From Nitrospinales bacterium (GTDB taxonomy: Bacteria > Nitrospinota_A > UBA7883 > JACRGQ01): DNA of 64,000 bases. Positions 61,021-64,000 of this stretch are shown here, in pieces. The stretch spans positions 3,012 through 67,011 of the forward strand of contig JAHFEJ010000004.1 in NCBI GenBank assembly GCA_023248535.1. Direction: 5' to 3'. Below the pieces are notes generated by a model. It searched no databases. It saw nothing but the letters and a program-made list of their open reading frames with translations, and was not told where the DNA came from. Within the stretch, counting starts at the first letter, position 1. Every line of letters begins with the position of its first letter. The position numbers were made by a program, and so were the translations under genes.

Positions 61021-61070
61021 ATCGGCGACAGAGTGTCGCCGCTACCTGGGGGAGAGGGTATAGTACGGGG

Positions 61071-62315
61071 ATGTTTGAAGGGAAGGGCTACCGGCGGATA
61101 CTGGCGGAACTGTACGGGATGCAGCGGTTTGGCATACGCCCGGCGCTGGCCCCCACCGTGAAATTCCTGCGCGCGCTGGGAAACCCCCACAAGAAGCTCC
61201 GCTGTTTCCATGTGGCGGGCACCAACGGCAAAGGCTCGACCACCGCGATGACCGCCGCCTCGCTTGCGGCGGCGGGGTACAAAACCGGCGCGTATTACAG
61301 CCCGCATGTGAGCGATTTCCGCGAGCGGTTCCTGATAAACGGCGCGTTCGTCCCGCGAAAAGAGATTTATGAAACGCTGCGATGGATGGGGGAGGCTTAT
61401 GACGCGGCCCTGAAAGGGGGGGACGCCCCGCGATACCTCACCTTTTTCGAGTGGAGCACCGCGCTGGCCTTTTGCCTTTTCGCCCGCGCCAAGGTGGATG
61501 TGGCGGTGCTGGAAACGGGGATGGGGGGACGGTTCGACGCCACCAACGTGGTAAGGCCGGAGGTATCGGTCATCACCAACATTTCGCTGGAGCACACGGC
61601 GATACTGGGAACCAGCGTGGCGGAAATCGCGGCGGAAAAGGCGGGGATCATAAAAAAGGGCCGGCCGGTTGTCTGCTGCGGCACGGATGCGGCGGCGAAC
61701 CGGGTTATCGCGGCGGCGGCGCGGACGAAAAAATCGGCCGCGCTGTTCATCGGGCGGGATTTCACGGTATCGGGCCGTGGCCTGTTCACCGCCGCCGACG
61801 GTACGCGGCTGCGCCTCGCGCCCGCGATGCGCGGAACGTTCCAACTGCGCAATGCGGCGCTGGCCGCGCAGGCGTTGCTGGCCCAAGAACGGTTTGCGGT
61901 AACGCCGGAGCAGATCGAACGGGGCGTGGCGGCGGCGCGGCTGCCGGGGCGCTTCGAGATGGCGCGGCGCGGCGGCAAAACGGTCATCTACGATGTGGCG
62001 CACAACCCCGCCGCGATGAAGGAATTGGCCAAGAATCTGCGCGCCAGCGGAATAAAAAAATGCGCGTTCCTGCTGGGCATACTGGACGACAAGGATTTTT
62101 CCGCCATGCTGAAGATACTCAAGCCGCTGGCCACGGCGGTTTACTGCATCAAGCCGGACGCCAAGCGGGGGCTGGACGCCGGACGGCTGGCCGCCGCCGC
62201 GCGCACGATGGGGATCGACGCAGTTGCGGGCGCGCCGCGGACGCCGCCTTCCATACTCTGCGTGACCGGCAGCTTCACCACGGTGGAAGCGGGAAAGAAA
62301 CTCTTCGCGCGGTAG
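61071..62315 (+). CDS. folC: Folylpolyglutamate synthase/dihydrofolate synthase
   Basis: HVAGTNGKGST, SPH, T.FE, LETGMGGRFDATN, EKAGI.K, PGRFE, D.AHN; start trimmed to ATG 61071. Confidence 0.95.
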   Translation: MFEGKGYRRILAELYGMQRFGIRPALAPTVKFLRALGNPHKKLRCFHVAGTNGKGSTTAMTAASLAAAGYKTGAYYSPHVSDFRERFLINGAFVPRKEIYETLRWMGEAYDAALKGGDAPRYLTFFEWSTALAFCLFARAKVDVAVLETGMGGRFDATNVVRPEVSVITNISLEHTAILGTSVAEIAAEKAGIIKKGRPVVCCGTDAAANRVIAAAARTKKSAALFIGRDFTVSGRGLFTAADGTRLRLAPAMRGTFQLRNAALAAQALLAQERFAVTPEQIERGVAAARLPGRFEMARRGGKTVIYDVAHNPAAMKELAKNLRASGIKKCAFLLGILDDKDFSAMLKILKPLATAVYCIKPDAKRGLDAGRLAAAARTMGIDAVAGAPRTPPSILCVTGSFTTVEAGKKLFAR

Positions 62316-62346
62316 ATGCATTCCTGCCGCAAAATCCGCCTCCCTT

Positions 62347-62492
62347 TGTCATCCCGGCCTTGAGCCGGGATCCAGAAATATTTTCAAAGCTTTCTCCATC
62401 GGCCCGGTGGGCCGACACTCTTCAGCGGCAGGCGTGCCAATTTAAGAAAGCTTTGATAATGTGTCTGGATTCCCGCCTACGCGGGAATGACA
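62347..62492. repeat. Family B inverted pair enclosing an ATCGGCCC hairpin
   Basis: TGTCATCCCGGCCTTGAGCCGGGATCCAG ... CTGGATTCCCGCCTACGCGGGAATGACA. Confidence 0.87.
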
Positions 62493-62504
62493 GGGATGGG
62501 GAGA

Positions 62505-63422
62505 TCAGTAATCCAGCGAGGCGAGGCGGTGGGAGAGCGTAAGCGGAATGAGGATTTTGCGGTTTTTACGGTCGATAAAAAGCGAGCCGGGGGTTTTGAG
62601 CTTTTCCTTCAGCACCCGTTTCGGCCCCTGCCCCAGATCATCCATCCGCACCACCTTGCCGCGCGTGAAACTGACCGCATAGACGCGCCCATCACCGTCG
62701 ATATCCATGCCGACAAGGTTGCGGAAATCGGCCTTGATGAATTTCGGGTTCACTTTCCCCGCCATGTCGATGCCGCCGATGTAACCGTTGGCGAGGGTGA
62801 CAAGGAATTTATCCAGCTGCGGGCTGTAAGCGATGGCGCTGGGGGAATCGAGTTCCCTGCCGGTGGCAAAGACCGACACCTCGTTGTTATTCGCCGGGTC
62901 GATGATGAATATCTTCGAGCCGATGGTATCGCACACATAGATGCGCCCCTGGGGGCCGCGCGCCATATCGGCCAGGTATTTCGCCCCCTGCGGGGCGAGA
63001 TCGACCGAGGCCAGAAGCGCGCCGCTGTTCTTATCCGCCACCACCACACGGTCTATATCGGAGATGTACAGGCGGTCGCCGTCTATCAGCAGCCCCTTGG
63101 GGGCGTGAAGCTTGAAACCCCCTTTTCCCCCCTGGATGAATTTAAGCTCCGCCAGCGTGCCGTCCGGGTTGAGCCGGGTGATAAAACCGCGATTCCCCTT
63201 TGAGAGTTGGCGGCCGTTCAGATTGGCGATGAAATAGGTTCCGGCCGTTTCGTCCTTGATGAAGCCGCGGGGAAAGGAAAGCCCTTTGATGTGGAACTCG
63301 TCAGGCGCAGATACTGCCGGAACGGGGGACGGCTCCGATTTATCTTGACCCGCGCCGTGGGCGGACAGGGGCGTAAAAGCGAGGAATAATAACAGGAGGG
63401 CCGATTGCGCCCTTACTCCCAT
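62505..63422 (-). CDS. Secreted SMP-30/NHL-type beta-propeller protein
   Basis: Signal peptide from ATG 63422; GFI..L..DG, L.APKGL...G.RLY.SDID repeats. Confidence 0.8.
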   Translation of the reverse strand: MGVRAQSALLLLFLAFTPLSAHGAGQDKSEPSPVPAVSAPDEFHIKGLSFPRGFIKDETAGTYFIANLNGRQLSKGNRGFITRLNPDGTLAELKFIQGGKGGFKLHAPKGLLIDGDRLYISDIDRVVVADKNSGALLASVDLAPQGAKYLADMARGPQGRIYVCDTIGSKIFIIDPANNNEVSVFATGRELDSPSAIAYSPQLDKFLVTLANGYIGGIDMAGKVNPKFIKADFRNLVGMDIDGDGRVYAVSFTRGKVVRMDDLGQGPKRVLKEKLKTPGSLFIDRKNRKILIPLTLSHRLASLDY

Positions 63423-63604
63423 ATGCCAAAATAGCCCACGCGGGTATCGGCGAACCGCGGCTCCGCCGGTTCCCGTTCCTGATCCGGGGCGGATGCGGCA
63501 AGCGCGAAGCCTCCCCGCATACGGATCTCCATTTCCAGCGCGTTCATTTCGCGGGTCAAATCCTTGAGGGCCATATCCATGTCCATGCATAACCTCCTGT
63601 ACAT
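63413..63604 (-). CDS. Small hypothetical protein
   Basis: 63-aa ORF tightly packed between two co-oriented genes. Confidence 0.45.
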   Translation of the reverse strand: MYRRLCMDMDMALKDLTREMNALEMEIRMRGGFALAASAPDQEREPAEPRFADTRVGYFGIWE

Positions 63605-63608
63605 ATCG

Positions 63609-64000
63609 CTATTCAAGGGCAAGTTCAATCTTTTTTCCGCCGGCGGCCGTCAGGGTGATGCCCGATTCGCCGATGGCGGCCACGCGGCAGCCGCCCAGGC
63701 GGCCGCCGATATTGAGCAGGACGCTTTCACCGCCGGGTTCGCGCAGCAGCGCAGCCCGCTTATCGGGGTCGTTGTGGAACACAATGCCGTCGAGCACGAA
63801 CACCGGCGCGGGGGCCGCCTGTACGCGATGGCGGACAGGCGGCTCGATCCCGGCTGGTTCTTTTCGGGTAACGGGGAAGGATAAATCGGGGCCGGCCGTT
63901 GTTCGGGGTGAAATCTCTCCTTTTTCACCCAGCGGTCCGGCCCCTTGCTCCTTCATCGGATAGGTGGCGGCGTCAGGCGGCTCCTCGTGCGCGGATAGTT
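63609..64000 (-). CDS. C-terminal part of a GspB/GspC/PilP-like secretion protein (truncated by the window edge)
   Basis: Frame open to the window edge; Pro-rich linker then L.GIVF..DP.KR.ALL......G......V..I....I.L. Confidence 0.65.
   Translation of the reverse strand, partial: LSAHEEPPDAATYPMKEQGAGPLGEKGEISPRTTAGPDLSFPVTRKEPAGIEPPVRHRVQAAPAPVFVLDGIVFHNDPDKRAALLREPGGESVLLNIGGRLGGCRVAAIGESGITLTAAGGKKIELALE

Noticed and set aside
60720-61070. 117-aa N-terminal extension of folC
   Set aside because: Consists of translated family C and family A repeats; a -10 box precedes ATG 61071

Overview
GC-rich bacterial chromosome segment, mostly housekeeping genes; gene content is suggestive of a Nitrospinota/deltaproteobacteria-like organism (inference only). 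It contains: cell-envelope genes, an orphan double-Hpt CheA, malic enzyme, tmk, dksA-rpoZ-DUF1844-fliN, a 7TM-DISM hybrid kinase, a small sulfur-assimilation operon, a class I adenylate cyclase, an M16 peptidase, a porin, a large Thr/Ser-rich lipoprotein, a tkt-coaD-aspC-thiOSG(D)E operon, two divergent sigma54-type flagellar operons, HigBA, Rel, SecA, a parC-parE pair, a REP-associated tyrosine transposase (RAYT), a Cyc2-like cytochrome-porin and folC. Intergenic spaces hold at least four families of palindromic repeats. The most interesting signals are: (1) two structurally covarying hairpin RNAs just 3' of flgE whose loops are a perfect 12-13 nt antisense to the flgE ribosome-binding site; (2) a Cluster-1-like Cyc2 candidate Fe(II) oxidase; (3) the RAYT with a 102-bp REPIN tandem array and nested composite repeats; (4) an in-frame amber codon splitting a degenerate ThiD-ThiE fusion; (5) several apparently leaderless genes. 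All calls come from reading motifs by eye; no database search was run.
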